Made by a program: the position numbers and the translations under genes
Part shown: piece after piece, positions 1-12,153 of the stretch
Numbering within the stretch: position 1 is the first letter of the stretch
Layout: the number at the start of each line of letters is the position of its first letter
Origin: an uncultured Prochlorococcus sp.
GTDB lineage: Bacteria > Cyanobacteriota > Cyanobacteriia > PCC-6307 > Cyanobiaceae
DNA: 64,000 bases
Assembly (NCBI GenBank): GCA_902550485.1
Contig: CACCZQ010000003.1
Coordinates: 34,099-98,098 of the forward strand
Direction of reading: 5' to 3'
Notes under the pieces: model-generated
Told to the model about the DNA's origin: nothing
The model's input: only the letters and a program-made list of their open reading frames with translations
The model's database searches: none

Positions 1-1
1 A

Positions 2-94
2 CCACAAATATTTATAGATAATGAGGGTATCGGAGGCTGCGATGATCTCTACGCATTAGAAAATGAAAATAAATTAGAAGCATTATTAAACTAG
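2..94 (+). CDS. grxC: Glutaredoxin, 3' end only (truncated by window start)
   Basis: Frame from base 2 reads [35 protein letters not shown] and GGCDDL are glutaredoxin motifs; it lies directly upstream of gshB. Confidence 0.88.
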   Translation, partial: PQIFIDNEGIGGCDDLYALENENKLEALLN

Positions 95-99
95 ATCTT

Positions 100-1023
100 A
101 TGAAATTTCTATTCGTAATAGATCCAATTAAAAATATAAATCCCTTAAAAGATTCAACTGCTGCTTTAATGCAAGCATCATCAAAAAAAAATATTGAAAT
201 CTGGAGTTGTACTCCTCAAGACCTGGAAGCTAGAGGTGATGAAGTATGGGCATCTTCCGTAAAAGTTGAAGTAATTCCATGGATTTCTTTCAAAGAGAAT
301 GATTGCATACCTCTCGCCGAATTTAATTGCATTTGGATGAGAAAAGATCCTCCTGTTAATGAGGCTTATTTATATGCAACCCATCTTTTAGAAGTTGCCG
401 AAAGAAAAGGAGTAAAAGTAATTAACAAACCCTCATCGTTAAGAGCGTGGAATGAAAAGCTAGGTGCTTTAAGATACAGCCACTTAATGGCACCTACAAT
501 AGTTGCGAGTAAGGTAAAAGATCTTATTAATTTTGCAAATATAAATAATGAAGTAGTCATAAAACCTCTAGGAGGAAAAGGTGGTCAAGGTGTTATAAGG
601 ATAAATAAAAATTCTCCAGGAATTAAATCAATCATTGAATTAATCACTTCTCAAGAAGAATTACCCGTTATGATGCAAAAATTTATTCCTGAAGTCGTAG
701 AGGGTGATAAAAGAATAATTATCGTAAACGGAGAAGCTATTGGATCAATAAATAGGATTCCTCAAGGAGGCGATTTTAGGAGTAATTTAGCGATGGGAGG
801 CAAGGCTGAACCCACATTATTAACAGAAAAAGAAAAAAGTATCTGCTCAGAATTATCTCAACACTTCAAAGATGAGGGTTTATTTTTTGTAGGTATTGAT
901 GTAATAAATGGAATGCTTAGCGAGATTAATGTAACCAGTCCAACAGGTTTAAGAGAAATAGAAAATTTATCCAATAAAAATGTTTCAGAAGAAGTTATTG
1001 AAAAATTAGTAGAAATTATCTAG
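100..1023 (+). CDS. gshB: Glutathione synthetase
   Basis: KDST, MRKDPP, NEKL, DFRSNL, GIDVI and EINVTSPTG motifs of the prokaryotic ATP-grasp GshB. Confidence 0.97.
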   Translation: MKFLFVIDPIKNINPLKDSTAALMQASSKKNIEIWSCTPQDLEARGDEVWASSVKVEVIPWISFKENDCIPLAEFNCIWMRKDPPVNEAYLYATHLLEVAERKGVKVINKPSSLRAWNEKLGALRYSHLMAPTIVASKVKDLINFANINNEVVIKPLGGKGGQGVIRINKNSPGIKSIIELITSQEELPVMMQKFIPEVVEGDKRIIIVNGEAIGSINRIPQGGDFRSNLAMGGKAEPTLLTEKEKSICSELSQHFKDEGLFFVGIDVINGMLSEINVTSPTGLREIENLSNKNVSEEVIEKLVEII

Positions 1024-2428
1024 GGCTTTTAGCGCAAAATATCTGTTTTACTATAGATTCAAATTTTAATTTAATCTCATCTATTTCTTTCTCTAAAACG
1101 GAGCCAGAAACTATACCTGAACCTGCAGTAAATTCAATATTTTCTTCAATACATCTTGCGCCTCTTATTGCCAAAAGAAATGAAGCATTGCCTGATGAAT
1201 CAACCCAACCCATTGGAGAAGCATAATTTCCTCTAGGAAAAGACTCAAGAGTGTTTATCCAATCCAATGCTGCATTTTTTGGGTATCCACAAACAGCTGG
1301 AGATGGATGTAAGTTTTTAAGCAATTCAAAAGGACAAATATTTGCAACTTTAGAGAAAATGAGTGTTTGCAAATGAGAAATATCTCCAAATGAATTTACC
1401 TTGATATCACTTTTTTTAAAGTTTGTTATTTTTGAAACTTCTAAAGATTTAATCAAATGTTGTATTACATAATTATGTTCCTTTAAGTCTTTAGTACTTT
1501 TTAGGAGTTTCTTAAAATTTGAATTAGTAGATATAGTTCCAGCAAGAGCCTCTAAAGTTAAATTAGGTTTAGAGAAAGAAAATAATTTTTCTGGAGATGC
1601 TCCAAACAAAATATCCTTACTATTCCTTTTCCAAACATATCTAAATGTATTTGGTTGATTCTTTTTAAATCTTTTTAAAATTTCTACTAAATCTAATTTA
1701 TTTTTAAGTTTTATTTTAATCCTATTCGCTAAAACTATCTTTTCGAGGATATCTTTATCTACTAATTGAATTCCTCTATTTACTACTTTTTTCATGTTTG
1801 TTTTAGAAGTTTCTAAGGAACGTGAGAAATCATCAATAAAAGGGGAATCAAAACTAGTTTTTAAGCCAGATGATTTTATTAATTCTGAGCCAGAATTAAT
1901 AACTTTATTTCTAATTGTCCATATTTCTTCAATTAATGTTCTTAATGATGATTTACCTTCAACATGACCATTGATTCTTAACCAGCAATTCTTGCCACTT
2001 TTAGTAATTAATATTTTTGGCAAAATAGCTTCCAAACTAGGGATATCTGAAGGTAAATTCTTATTATTCAAATTTTCAGAGAAAGAAAATAAATAAATTA
2101 TTTTTGAAAGTGCAGAATTATGCGATTCATTAGTTAAGTTAATTAAATTTTTAAAATTCTCAGAATTAAACTCTTTTGCTACCTCAAATCTTTTTGGGCC
2201 ATCCAGAGTAACATATTTACACTTCTCGAAAGCTATATATGAAATGCCATCAGATTCCTCCCAAAATGAAGAAAACGGATATTGATTTATTAACAATTCA
2301 TAAACTTGGAATAAATCAATACAAGGAATCTCAACGCAAATACTTACTAATCCAGAATTTTCAACTTTCTTATCGAAAGAGGAAAATACATCTTTTAAAA
2401 AATCTGTTAAGTTTAAATCATTTTTCAT
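1016..2428 (-). CDS. menF: Isochorismate synthase
   Basis: [32 protein letters not shown] and AGSGIV chorismate-binding motifs; adjacent to men genes. Confidence 0.92.
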   Translation of the reverse strand: MKNDLNLTDFLKDVFSSFDKKVENSGLVSICVEIPCIDLFQVYELLINQYPFSSFWEESDGISYIAFEKCKYVTLDGPKRFEVAKEFNSENFKNLINLTNESHNSALSKIIYLFSFSENLNNKNLPSDIPSLEAILPKILITKSGKNCWLRINGHVEGKSSLRTLIEEIWTIRNKVINSGSELIKSSGLKTSFDSPFIDDFSRSLETSKTNMKKVVNRGIQLVDKDILEKIVLANRIKIKLKNKLDLVEILKRFKKNQPNTFRYVWKRNSKDILFGASPEKLFSFSKPNLTLEALAGTISTNSNFKKLLKSTKDLKEHNYVIQHLIKSLEVSKITNFKKSDIKVNSFGDISHLQTLIFSKVANICPFELLKNLHPSPAVCGYPKNAALDWINTLESFPRGNYASPMGWVDSSGNASFLLAIRGARCIEENIEFTAGSGIVSGSVLEKEIDEIKLKFESIVKQIFCAKSPR

Positions 2429-2529
2429 TACTTATTGAAAATAACTAAAAATGATGCAATAAAGTAAAAAATGTAACTCAATTTATAAACTACATTCAAT
2501 AATTATCTAATTTTGCGTGTTAATTAAAA

Positions 2530-3447
2530 ATGGACGAAGATAAAAAAAAATTATGGAAAAAAGCAATAAAATGGCCTCTTTATTCTGTTGCCATACTTCC
2601 AGTTTTAATAACAGGGGCTTACTTGCTCAATCAATATGAAGAGGTAAAAATTTATAATTTGATTTCATTTACTTTAGCTGCAATTTTGATATTACTTTGG
2701 GAAAATCTAACTAATGATTTATACGACGCAGAAACAGGAATCGATGAATTTAAATTCCATTCAATTGTAAATCTTGTAAAAAATAAAAAAATAATTTCAT
2801 TAATTGCATATACATCTTTAGTTATTGGTTTATTAATAATTTTAATTATTTCAGTATCAACAAGTATAAACATTTTTATTTTGGTGGCAGCTTGCTGCTT
2901 CTTAGGATATTTATATCAAGGTCCTCCTTTTAGATTGGGCTATCAAGGTTTAGGAGAACCATTATGCTGGCTTGCATTTGGACCTTTTGCGTACTCTGCA
3001 GTCTTAATTGCGTTAAATCCGTCTAATATTTACTTCGAAGATATTCCATGGAAAGTTTCTTTATTACTTGGTTCAGGACCTTCCTTGGCAACAACTCTTG
3101 TATTATTTTGTTCTCATTTTCATCAAATTTCTGAAGATAAAAAGCATGGGAAAAATTCACCTTTAGTTCGCTTAGGAGCAAAAAAAGGTTCTCAATTTGT
3201 GCCTTGGATAATTTTTACAATATATATTTTTCAACTTTTCACAATAGTTTATGGATTTATTCCAGTGTTTTGCATCCTTTATTTGCTTAGTTTCCCTCAA
3301 GCAATAAGACTTATAAATTTATTAAAATCTTCGTATGCAAAACCTTCTGCAATAAAAAATTGCAAATTCTTCGCAATAAAATTTCAAACTCTTAATGGAG
3401 TTGGCTTAATCACAGGATTAATATTTAATTACTTGCTTAATAAATGA
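2530..3447 (+). CDS. menA: 1,4-dihydroxy-2-naphthoate phytyltransferase (UbiA family)
   Basis: AIKWPLYSVA, NDLYDAETGID and YQGPPFRLGYQGLGE motifs; multiple TM helices. Confidence 0.93.
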   Translation: MDEDKKKLWKKAIKWPLYSVAILPVLITGAYLLNQYEEVKIYNLISFTLAAILILLWENLTNDLYDAETGIDEFKFHSIVNLVKNKKIISLIAYTSLVIGLLIILIISVSTSINIFILVAACCFLGYLYQGPPFRLGYQGLGEPLCWLAFGPFAYSAVLIALNPSNIYFEDIPWKVSLLLGSGPSLATTLVLFCSHFHQISEDKKHGKNSPLVRLGAKKGSQFVPWIIFTIYIFQLFTIVYGFIPVFCILYLLSFPQAIRLINLLKSSYAKPSAIKNCKFFAIKFQTLNGVGLITGLIFNYLLNK

Positions 3448-4409
3448 ACTTAATATTTCAAAAAAAATCTTATAGCTTTAAGTTATCCTCCAAAGTAGAA
3501 AATTCTAAAACCACTAACCTTACAAAATCGGGATGGATAATTAAATTAACGAGTAATGATAAAAAAATTGGGTTTGGAGAAGTTTCACCACTACATAAAG
3601 AAGACTTAAAAAAGTGCGCGAAACAACTAGATATGATCCCTTCTAATGGAGGGTTATTTAATTTATCTGAGCAAATAAATATTTTTCACCCATGCATTCA
3701 ATCTGCAATCAATGCTGCATTAGCCGAAATAAATGGACAAATAATTTTTAAAGAAAACTACTACTTTGATGAAATTGATAAAACAGCCATATTGTTAAAT
3801 CATGAAAATATATTTTCAGATCTAAATGCAATTAAAAAAAGACAATCTGATATTGGAAAATCATTAACCATAAAATGGAAAGTAGCATTAAAAAATAATC
3901 ATGAGGAAGAAGCAATTTTAGAAGAAATTTTAAGCCAAATAGGCAATAATATTAAGTTAAGAATAGATGCTAATGGTTCTTGGGGAAGAGAGATAGCTAA
4001 TAGATGGGCTGATATTTTGAAGGATAACAAAAATGTAGATTGGTTAGAACAACCTCTGTGTGTTGATGATATTGATGGACTGACAGAATTAAACAAAAAA
4101 ATCCCTATAGCCTTAGACGAATCACTTTTAAAATTCCCAAATTTGATTGATGAGTGGAAAGGTTGGCAAATTAGAAGGCCTTCTCAAGAAAATAATCCAG
4201 TTAAGCTTTTAAGAGAATTAGAAAATAAAAAAGCTTTAATATCTATAAGCACTTCATTTGAAACTGGTATAGGGAAGAGATGGCTTTATCATTTATCTTC
4301 TCTTCAATTACAAGGACCAACTCCAAAAGTTCCTGGTTTAGCAATGAATAAATTCCCTAATTCATTTCTATTTTTAAATGAAGTAAAAAAGATATGGGAT
4401 CAACTATGA
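3444..4409 (+). CDS. menC: o-succinylbenzoate synthase (enolase superfamily)
   Basis: GFGEVSP, KWKV, RIDANGSW, WLEQPL and PIALDES motifs; in the men operon. Confidence 0.9.
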   Translation: MNLIFQKKSYSFKLSSKVENSKTTNLTKSGWIIKLTSNDKKIGFGEVSPLHKEDLKKCAKQLDMIPSNGGLFNLSEQINIFHPCIQSAINAALAEINGQIIFKENYYFDEIDKTAILLNHENIFSDLNAIKKRQSDIGKSLTIKWKVALKNNHEEEAILEEILSQIGNNIKLRIDANGSWGREIANRWADILKDNKNVDWLEQPLCVDDIDGLTELNKKIPIALDESLLKFPNLIDEWKGWQIRRPSQENNPVKLLRELENKKALISISTSFETGIGKRWLYHLSSLQLQGPTPKVPGLAMNKFPNSFLFLNEVKKIWDQL

Positions 4410-5608
4410 AAAATAAAATTCATACTATTGAAGTTGAAAATAACGAAACTCAATCTGTAGAGAAAATTATTGAAAAAATTAGAGAGAATAAAATTATTTA
4501 TGTAAAAAACAAATTTTATCAAGACAAAGATGTATTAGATTCAATTACTGAAAATGGGCCAGCAATTATCTTAAACAGTAGTGGTAGTTCTGGAAAACCG
4601 AGAAAATGTTTTCACCATTTAGATAACCTTAAATTATCTGCAGCTACATCAGGTCAATGGCTAATAGAGCAAGGATTTGAATTGCAAAACTGCTTAATTT
4701 TAAATACTTTACCCCTGAACCATATAAGTGGATTAATGCCAATTTTTAGAAGTCAAACTTGGGGATGTGATTGTATTAATATTTCTCCGAATTTGATAAA
4801 AAAAACTAGAGAACTTTTATTTTTTACAATTAAATTTAAAAAAAACAAAAAACACTTGATTACGTCATTAGTACCTACCCAATTACAAAGACTTTTAGCT
4901 CAAAAAGATGGAATTAGTTGGCTAAAAATTTTTGATCTAATTTGGGTAGGTGGAGCTTCAATTTCAGACGAAACTGCAGAACAATGTATAAAAGAAAAAA
5001 TAAAATTAGCGCCTTGTTACGGCTCAACAGAGACAGCAGCAATGGTTACGAGTTTAAAACCTAAAGAATTCTTAATGGGTTTTAAAAATGTTGGAGAAAT
5101 ACTACCTGATACAAAAATAAGAATCAACGCAGAAGGATTAATCGAGATAAATTCAGCCAGAATTGGAATCGAAATAATAGACTCTTTAAAAACTGAAAAT
5201 TTCAAAAATAAAAATGGGTGGTGGCAAACAAGCGATTTAGGTGAAATTAATCAAATCAATAATTCTTTGTATTTAAACTTTGTTGGAAGAAGTGATAATG
5301 CCTTTAATTCAGGTGGAGAAATCGTTTTCCCTGAGTTAATTGAATCTAGATTAAATGATTTCATTATGAAAGAAAATATCCCAATTAATAAATTCAATAT
5401 TTCAAAAGTATCTAACAAATTATGGGGAAACAAAATTAAAGTAATAGTTGAATTTAGAGAACTTACAAATAATAAAAATATTGAAATTTCTTTAAATTTA
5501 TTAAAAAAATTTTCTCAAAGTTGGCCTAAACATGAAAAGCCTGAAAAGTGGATTGTTCAAAACAAAAATAGCATTACAGAAAAAATAAACTATAAATTTA
5601 AAAAATAA
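4406..5608 (+). CDS. menE: o-succinylbenzoate-CoA ligase (AMP-binding enzyme)
   Basis: SSGSSGKPR loop, YGSTETAA, TSDLG and GRSD motifs. The ATG at 4406, overlapping the menC stop, is preferred over the track start at 4394. Confidence 0.88.
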   Translation: MKNKIHTIEVENNETQSVEKIIEKIRENKIIYVKNKFYQDKDVLDSITENGPAIILNSSGSSGKPRKCFHHLDNLKLSAATSGQWLIEQGFELQNCLILNTLPLNHISGLMPIFRSQTWGCDCINISPNLIKKTRELLFFTIKFKKNKKHLITSLVPTQLQRLLAQKDGISWLKIFDLIWVGGASISDETAEQCIKEKIKLAPCYGSTETAAMVTSLKPKEFLMGFKNVGEILPDTKIRINAEGLIEINSARIGIEIIDSLKTENFKNKNGWWQTSDLGEINQINNSLYLNFVGRSDNAFNSGGEIVFPELIESRLNDFIMKENIPINKFNISKVSNKLWGNKIKVIVEFRELTNNKNIEISLNLLKKFSQSWPKHEKPEKWIVQNKNSITEKINYKFKK

Positions 5609-5611
5609 TAA

Positions 5612-6064
<453 letters not shown>

Positions 6065-6073
6065 TTAAAGAAA

Positions 6074-7261
6074 TTATCTATCAACAGATCCCATAATGAC
6101 ATCTATTGAACCAAGGATTGCCATAATATCAGCGATTTTGGCACCTTTAAGAATATGAGGCAATATTTGCAGATTATTTAAATCAGCTGCTCTGATTTTA
6201 AATCTCCATGGGGTAACTTCATTATTTCCTTGAATAAATACACCTATTTCTCCTTTGCCGGATTCCAATCTTGTATATAATTCTCCGTTAGGAATTTTGA
6301 AAGTTGGAGCAACCTTCTTAGCTACATATTGATAGTCAATACCAAATATTTCACTTTTCTTATCTTCAGTCGCCATTCTTTGAGCTTCTAAATTTTCTGT
6401 TGGACCTCCTGGAATCATTTTGCAGGCTTGGCGAATGATGCTTAGTGATTGTCTCATCTCTTCAACTCTTACTCGATATCTCGCATAACAATCTCCTTCT
6501 TTTTCTGAAGCAATCTGCCAATCAAAATCGTCATAGCATTCATAACTATCGACTTTCCTTAAATCCCAAGAAACTCCAGAAGCTCTAAGCATTGGCCCAG
6601 ATAAAGACCAGTTGATTGCTTGGTCCCTTTGTATTGTTCCAAGACCTTCAATTCTTTTTCTAAAAATTGGATTATTTGTGATTAATTTTTCGTATTCATC
6701 TATCTTGGGGCCGAACCAATCGCAAAAGTCTATACATTTTTCTAACCATCCGTATGGGAGATCACATGCAACGCCGCCTATCCTAAAGAAATTATTATTT
6801 ATTAGCCTTTGCCCAGTAGCAGCTTCCCAGAGATCATAGATCATCTCCCTTTCTCTAAAAATATAAAAAAATGGAGTTTGAGCTCCTACGTCTGCTAAAA
6901 AGGGGCCAAGCCATAAAAGATGATTAGCAATACGATTAAGTTCGAGCATAAGAACTCTGATGTAACTAGCTCTTTTTGGGACTGGAATATTAGCTAATCT
7001 TTCAGGAGCATTTACTACAATAGCTTCATAAAACATTCCTGCTGCATAATCCATTCTGCTTACATAAGGGACATACATTACATTTGTCCTATTTTCAGCT
7101 ATCTTTTCCATTCCTCTATGTAAATATCCAATTACTGGCTCACAATCAATGACATTCTCACCATCAAGGGTTACAACTAACCTTAAAACCCCATGCATTG
7201 AGGGATGGTGAGGGCCAAAATTGACCACCATTGGTTCTGTTCTAGTCTCTAGCTGAGCCAT
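6074..7261 (-). CDS. ndhH: NAD(P)H-quinone oxidoreductase (NDH-1) subunit H
   Basis: [15 protein letters not shown] and GYLHRGMEK motifs; C-terminal DVIMGSVDR. Confidence 0.98.
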
Positions 7262-7299
7262 TCGAAATTTAACTTCTAAATAAATCTTAGTCGAAAGTT

Positions 7300-8202
7300 A
7301 TGCAAACTGACCTATCTGATTCATCTTTTTTCAATCATAAATCAGTTATGACAGATGAGATGATGGCCGCATTAGAGCATTACCCATTAATACATAACAA
7401 CAACCTTAAAGGAATAGACGCAACTCTAGGCGGAGGCGGGCACTCTTATCATTTATTGAGAAAATATTCGGATTTAAAAATAATTGGTCTTGATCAAGAT
7501 CCATTCGCGAGAGAATCAGCATCAAAAAAACTTGATGAATTTAAAAATAGGATTGATATAAGGGCTTCAAATTTTGCGGATTTTGTACCAAAAGAAAAAG
7601 TTTCTTTTGTAATTGCAGATCTTGGAGTAAATAGTAACCAAATTGATGACCCTAAAAGAGGATTCAGCTTCCAAAAAGATGGTCCACTTGATATGCGCAT
7701 GAATCCTTTTCTTGAGATTGATGCAGAGAAATTAATTGAGGCTTTAGATGAAAAAGATCTAGCTAACCTAATCTATAAATATGGAGATGAGAGATTATCA
7801 AGAAAGATTGCTAGGAAAATAAAAATGGATTTGAAGGCACATGGGAAATATTCTGGGACAAAAGAGTTAGCTTATTCTATTGCTGGCTGCTTCCCACCAA
7901 AACAAAGATATAAAAAAATACACCCAGCAACAAGAACATTTCAAGCACTAAGAATTGCCGTTAATAAAGAAATTGAGGTATTAGAAAAATTTTTGCAAGT
8001 TGTACCTGAATGGCTTTTGCCAGGGGGTATTATTTCTATTATTAGTTTTCATTCCCTTGAGGATAGGTTAGTTAAAAGTTGTTTTAAGAATGATCAAAGA
8101 CTAAAAAACCTCACAAAAAAGCCAATAACTCCTTCCGAACAAGAAGTCGAACTAAATAAAAGAGCTAGAAGTGGAAAATTAAGAATTGCTCAATTAAATT
8201 AA
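7300..8202 (+). CDS. rsmH: 16S rRNA m4C1402 methyltransferase
   Basis: DATLGGGGHS, RGFSF, PLDMRM, HPATRTFQALRIAVN and ISFHSLEDR motifs. Confidence 0.97.
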   Translation: MQTDLSDSSFFNHKSVMTDEMMAALEHYPLIHNNNLKGIDATLGGGGHSYHLLRKYSDLKIIGLDQDPFARESASKKLDEFKNRIDIRASNFADFVPKEKVSFVIADLGVNSNQIDDPKRGFSFQKDGPLDMRMNPFLEIDAEKLIEALDEKDLANLIYKYGDERLSRKIARKIKMDLKAHGKYSGTKELAYSIAGCFPPKQRYKKIHPATRTFQALRIAVNKEIEVLEKFLQVVPEWLLPGGIISIISFHSLEDRLVKSCFKNDQRLKNLTKKPITPSEQEVELNKRARSGKLRIAQLN

Positions 8203-8216
8203 AAACCCAATAATTT

Positions 8217-9362
8217 CTATCGTAATAATCTGATCGTATCTGTAAGAATATGAATTGCTTTTTTTATATCTTCTGAACTAGTACTTAATCCAATACTTAA
8301 CCTTATTGAAGATTCTGCTTCTTTAATAGATCTACCTAAGGCTAGTAAAACATGAGATGGTTGGCCATTACTACATGCAGATCCAGTAGAACAAATTATT
8401 TTAGATTTTAAAAGTTTATGAAACTTTGCTCCGTTTAAATCCAATACAGTCAAATTTAAATTGTGAGGTAATCTTTTTTCTATGGAGCCATTAATTAATA
8501 AACCAGAATTATTTTTTAACAACCCTTCTAAAAGGTTATTTCTATAAAAAAGTAATTTCTCAGCATTATTTTTTTGATTAAAAGCTGCTATCTCTATTGC
8601 TTTAGCAAAGCCAACTACAAGAGGAAGAGGTAATGTGCCAGACCTAAGACCATATTCCTGACCTCCTCCAACAATTAAAGGCTCAAGATTAATTTCTTCA
8701 TCAATCAAAAGAAGTCCTATCCCTTTAGGGCCATATATTTTGTGAGAACTCATCGTTATCATGTTTACATCTGATAAAAGATTGTCTAACTCGATATAAC
8801 CTAAACATTGTGCAAAATCAGAGTGAAAAGTTATTCCTCTCGATTTACATATCTTTGAAATATTATCTACTGGCTGAATAACTCCTATTTCGTTATTAGC
8901 CAACATGACACTAACCAGAAATGTATCTTCTCTTATGTTCTTTTTAAACTGTTCTTCTGAAATTAAGCCATCTTTCTCAGGATTAATTTCTGTAACCATA
9001 AATCCCTCTTTTTTTAGCTGATTTAGGGGCTCCAAAACAGCTTTATGCTCAGTTTTTAAGGTAATAATATGTCCATAATTTTTTGTTTTTTTATAGTAAT
9101 TTCTAGCAAAACCTAATAAGGCTAAGTTATTAGATTCTGTCGCCCCACTTGTAAAAATAACTTTTTTATTCTTAAGAAATAAATTTTGTTCTATTTTTTC
9201 TCTTGAGGCTTCCAATATTGCGCTTGCGTTAATACCCGCCAAATTAGATTTGCTTGCAGGGTTAGAAAATATCTCACTCCAAAAAGGTTTCATAGAATCA
9301 ACAACATCTTTAGAGCAAGGAGTTGAGGATTGGTAATCTAGTAGTATGGGAGTTGATAGCAT
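8217..9362 (-). CDS. iscS: Cysteine desulfurase (IscS/NifS family, PLP-dependent)
   Basis: FTSGATESNN, NNEIG, SSHKIYGPKG, RSGT and STGSAC motifs. Confidence 0.9.
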   Translation of the reverse strand: MLSTPILLDYQSSTPCSKDVVDSMKPFWSEIFSNPASKSNLAGINASAILEASREKIEQNLFLKNKKVIFTSGATESNNLALLGFARNYYKKTKNYGHIITLKTEHKAVLEPLNQLKKEGFMVTEINPEKDGLISEEQFKKNIREDTFLVSVMLANNEIGVIQPVDNISKICKSRGITFHSDFAQCLGYIELDNLLSDVNMITMSSHKIYGPKGIGLLLIDEEINLEPLIVGGGQEYGLRSGTLPLPLVVGFAKAIEIAAFNQKNNAEKLLFYRNNLLEGLLKNNSGLLINGSIEKRLPHNLNLTVLDLNGAKFHKLLKSKIICSTGSACSNGQPSHVLLALGRSIKEAESSIRLSIGLSTSSEDIKKAIHILTDTIRLLR

Positions 9363-9420
9363 TGTATTTATTATATAAAATTCTCTTTATCACTAGTAAT
9401 CAAATCCAAGAATTTTAAAA

Positions 9421-10149
9421 ATGAATGAAATTAATCAAATAAATAATGAAACAGTAAGAAAATCAAAAATTTTATTAGTTGATGATGAACCAGGTTTAAG
9501 GACAGCTGTTAAAACATTTCTAGAAGATGAGGGCTTTGAAATATTTATTGCAGTTGATGGAGAAGACGGTTGGGAAAAAGCTAAAACAATTTTTCCTGAC
9601 TTGATAATTAGCGACGTTATGATGCCCCGAGCTAATGGTTATGCTTTATTAGAAAAAATTAGAGAAGATGAAAAATTAGGAGGAACTCCAGTTATTTTTT
9701 TAACAGCAAAAGGTATGACCTTAGATAGAACAGAGGGTTATCTTGCAGGAGTTGATGATTATATTTCCAAACCTTTCGACCCCGATGAATTAGCTGCAAG
9801 AGTCAAAAATGTAATCAATAGACAAGAACGTTTACTAAAAGAAGCAGCACGATTCGCAGATCTTGATGTAAGCAAAATGGCGAAGCAAATTACTGAAATA
9901 AAATCTATGCTCACAGACCAAAATCCAACTAATTCAGAAAATAAAATAAATATTCCTAGTTTTACTCCAAGAGAAGCAAGTGTACTTCAACTAGTAGCAG
10001 AAGGCCTGATGAATAAAGAAATTGCAAGAAAGCTTGAAACGTCTATTAGAAATGTTGAAAAATATGTAAGTAGACTTTTTATCAAGACAGGAACATCTAG
10101 CAGAACCGAATTAGTTCGTTACGCACTTGAAAATCATTTAGTAAAGTAA
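9421..10149 (+). CDS. NarL/LuxR-family response regulator (Ycf29/Rre1-like)
   Basis: Receiver domain (LVDD, DVMMP, KPF) plus a LuxR HTH (FTPREASVLQLVAEGLMNKEIA). Confidence 0.9.
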   Translation: MNEINQINNETVRKSKILLVDDEPGLRTAVKTFLEDEGFEIFIAVDGEDGWEKAKTIFPDLIISDVMMPRANGYALLEKIREDEKLGGTPVIFLTAKGMTLDRTEGYLAGVDDYISKPFDPDELAARVKNVINRQERLLKEAARFADLDVSKMAKQITEIKSMLTDQNPTNSENKINIPSFTPREASVLQLVAEGLMNKEIARKLETSIRNVEKYVSRLFIKTGTSSRTELVRYALENHLVK

Positions 10150-10153
10150 ATTA

Positions 10154-10852
10154 TTAATTTTTTTCGAATTCAATAAGTTTTGAGAAATAAAAAGGGGCTT
10201 GATTTAATTTCGATTTAACAACGTTAAATCCTCTCATTTTTGCAGCATTTATAATTCCCTTTTCTTTTAATGTATAAGCTCTTGTAGTTTTACTTGGCCC
10301 AGGAAATAATTTACCTATATTTTTTAGAACAGCAAGAACTGGAGTATAAGGAGCGAAGCTAACGATTAGTTTTTCATTGCTTAAATCGCATAGATGCTGG
10401 ACCATTTCTTCTGCTACCGGTTGAGGATAATGAATAAATACATCCAAACAAACTACAACATCAAATAATCCTTTTAATTTTTCTAGATCACAGACTTCAT
10501 ATTTGATTTTACGTTTGTTCAAACCTAAGGCTTTTATGCGTTTCTTTGTTTCTTTTATCATTTCAGAAGAAATATCACTGACCTGCAATTCTTCTATACC
10601 AAGTCTTAGTAAAGGAATGGATAGACTTCCTACACCACATCCTGCATCACAATAACTTTTTTTTGTAAGTTCAGGATAATTTTTGATATATGAAACTACA
10701 TCATCTACAGTTTTTTGATGTCCTTTTCTAATATTTTTCTGAACAGTATTAATCTCATCAGATTTGCTATAAATTTTGTTCCATCTTTCAAAGCCAGTAC
10801 CATTAAAATACTCTTTAACTTCACCTTTTTCGATAATCTTATTTGATTTCAT
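10154..10852 (-). CDS. chlM: Magnesium-protoporphyrin IX O-methyltransferase
   Basis: YFNGTGFERW, DAGCGVG, CLDVFIHYP and GPSKTTRAY motifs. Confidence 0.96.
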   Translation of the reverse strand: MKSNKIIEKGEVKEYFNGTGFERWNKIYSKSDEINTVQKNIRKGHQKTVDDVVSYIKNYPELTKKSYCDAGCGVGSLSIPLLRLGIEELQVSDISSEMIKETKKRIKALGLNKRKIKYEVCDLEKLKGLFDVVVCLDVFIHYPQPVAEEMVQHLCDLSNEKLIVSFAPYTPVLAVLKNIGKLFPGPSKTTRAYTLKEKGIINAAKMRGFNVVKSKLNQAPFYFSKLIEFEKN

Positions 10853-10940
10853 AAAATCTGTGGAAATTTATTCTTTTTATACTAACTAACTGGCGCCAAA
10901 TTAATTGCACGCCATTATAGGAAAGAATTGATTTGTTATT

Positions 10941-11477
10941 TTGTCAGAATTGAATTCTAAAGATATTTATAAAATCGCTGTCGTAATGGGTAGTGATTCA
11001 GATCTAAAAACTTTGAAACCTGCCATTGATATTTTAAGAGAATTTGAAATAAAAACTGAAGTTTGTATACTTTCTGCCCATCGAACACCTTTTGAAATGA
11101 TGGAATATGCAAAAAATGCCGAATCAGAAAACATAAAAGTAATAATTGCCGGTGCTGGCGGTGCTGCTCATCTTCCAGGAATGTTGGCATCCATAACTTG
11201 CATTCCTGTTATTGGAGTACCAGTAGAGAGTAAAACACTTAAGGGGATTGACTCTCTTTTATCAATCGTTCAAATGCCCGCAGGGATCCCAGTAGCAACA
11301 GTTGCAATTAATGGGGGTCAGAATGCTGGATTATTAGCAATAGAAATAATCAGTTTATTTGATGAATCCATAAAGAAAAATTTAAAAGGATTCAGAGAAA
11401 ATCTTCATCAACAGGTAAGAACTAAAAATAGTAAGTTATCAGCCATTGGAGCTGACAATTATCTTCAAAATAAATGA
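10941..11477 (+). CDS. purE: N5-CAIR mutase (phosphoribosylaminoimidazole carboxylase catalytic subunit)
   Basis: MGSDSD, SAHRTP, AGAGGAAHLPGM and QMPAGIPVATV motifs; TTG start. Confidence 0.97.
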   Translation: MSELNSKDIYKIAVVMGSDSDLKTLKPAIDILREFEIKTEVCILSAHRTPFEMMEYAKNAESENIKVIIAGAGGAAHLPGMLASITCIPVIGVPVESKTLKGIDSLLSIVQMPAGIPVATVAINGGQNAGLLAIEIISLFDESIKKNLKGFRENLHQQVRTKNSKLSAIGADNYLQNK

Positions 11478-11492
11478 ACTAATATTTTTCTA

Positions 11493-12116
11493 TTAGCCCT
11501 TTTTAAGGTAGTTTTCTTTTTTAAGAAAATTAATAACTTTTTTAACAGACTCATTTAAATCTAACGAACCTGTATCAACAATAATTTCTGGATTATGAGG
11601 AGCTTCATATGGACTTGAAATCCCTGTAAACTCCTTAATTTCACCCAAACGAGCTTTCTTATAAAGACCTTTAGTATCCCTATTTTCGCAAACTGTGACA
11701 TCAGCAGCACAATAAACTTCAATAAAATCCCTAGATCCAATAATTTTTCTTACCTTATCTCTATCACTAATGAAGGGTGAAACAAATGCTGTAATAGTTA
11801 TTATCCCAGCATTCATAAATAGATTCGCAACTTCTCCAATTCTTCTTATATTTTCTTCTCTATCTTCATCAGAAAAACCAAGATCTTTACATAAACCATG
11901 TCTTATATTATCTCCATCCAACACGTAAGTTGAAAAACCATCTAAGTGTAAAACTTCATTTAAAGCGTTAGCCAAAGTACTTTTACCAGAGCCGGATAAG
12001 CCTGTAAACCAGATAACCATTCCTTTGTGTCCTCTCATTTTCTCTAACTTTTCTCTATCAATAGTTAAATTGTGCCACTTTATATTGGTTGACTTTGTTT
12101 GATCTTGTTCTTTCAT
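11493..12116 (-). CDS. cysC: Adenylyl-sulfate kinase
   Basis: WFTGLSGSGKST, LDGDNIRHGL and FTGISSPYE motifs. The ATG at 12116 avoids the overlap with the SUI1 gene that the track start (12236) would create. Confidence 0.95.
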   Translation of the reverse strand: MKEQDQTKSTNIKWHNLTIDREKLEKMRGHKGMVIWFTGLSGSGKSTLANALNEVLHLDGFSTYVLDGDNIRHGLCKDLGFSDEDREENIRRIGEVANLFMNAGIITITAFVSPFISDRDKVRKIIGSRDFIEVYCAADVTVCENRDTKGLYKKARLGEIKEFTGISSPYEAPHNPEIIVDTGSLDLNESVKKVINFLKKENYLKKG

Positions 12117-12153
12117 TTTTTCATCAAAATTAAAACCTATCCTACCCCTTTCT

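Noticed and set aside
4394-5608. MenE shorter than typical acyl-CoA ligases, possible pseudogene
   Set aside because: The frame is uninterrupted, the core adenylation motifs are intact and it is coupled to menC; a compact form is more likely.
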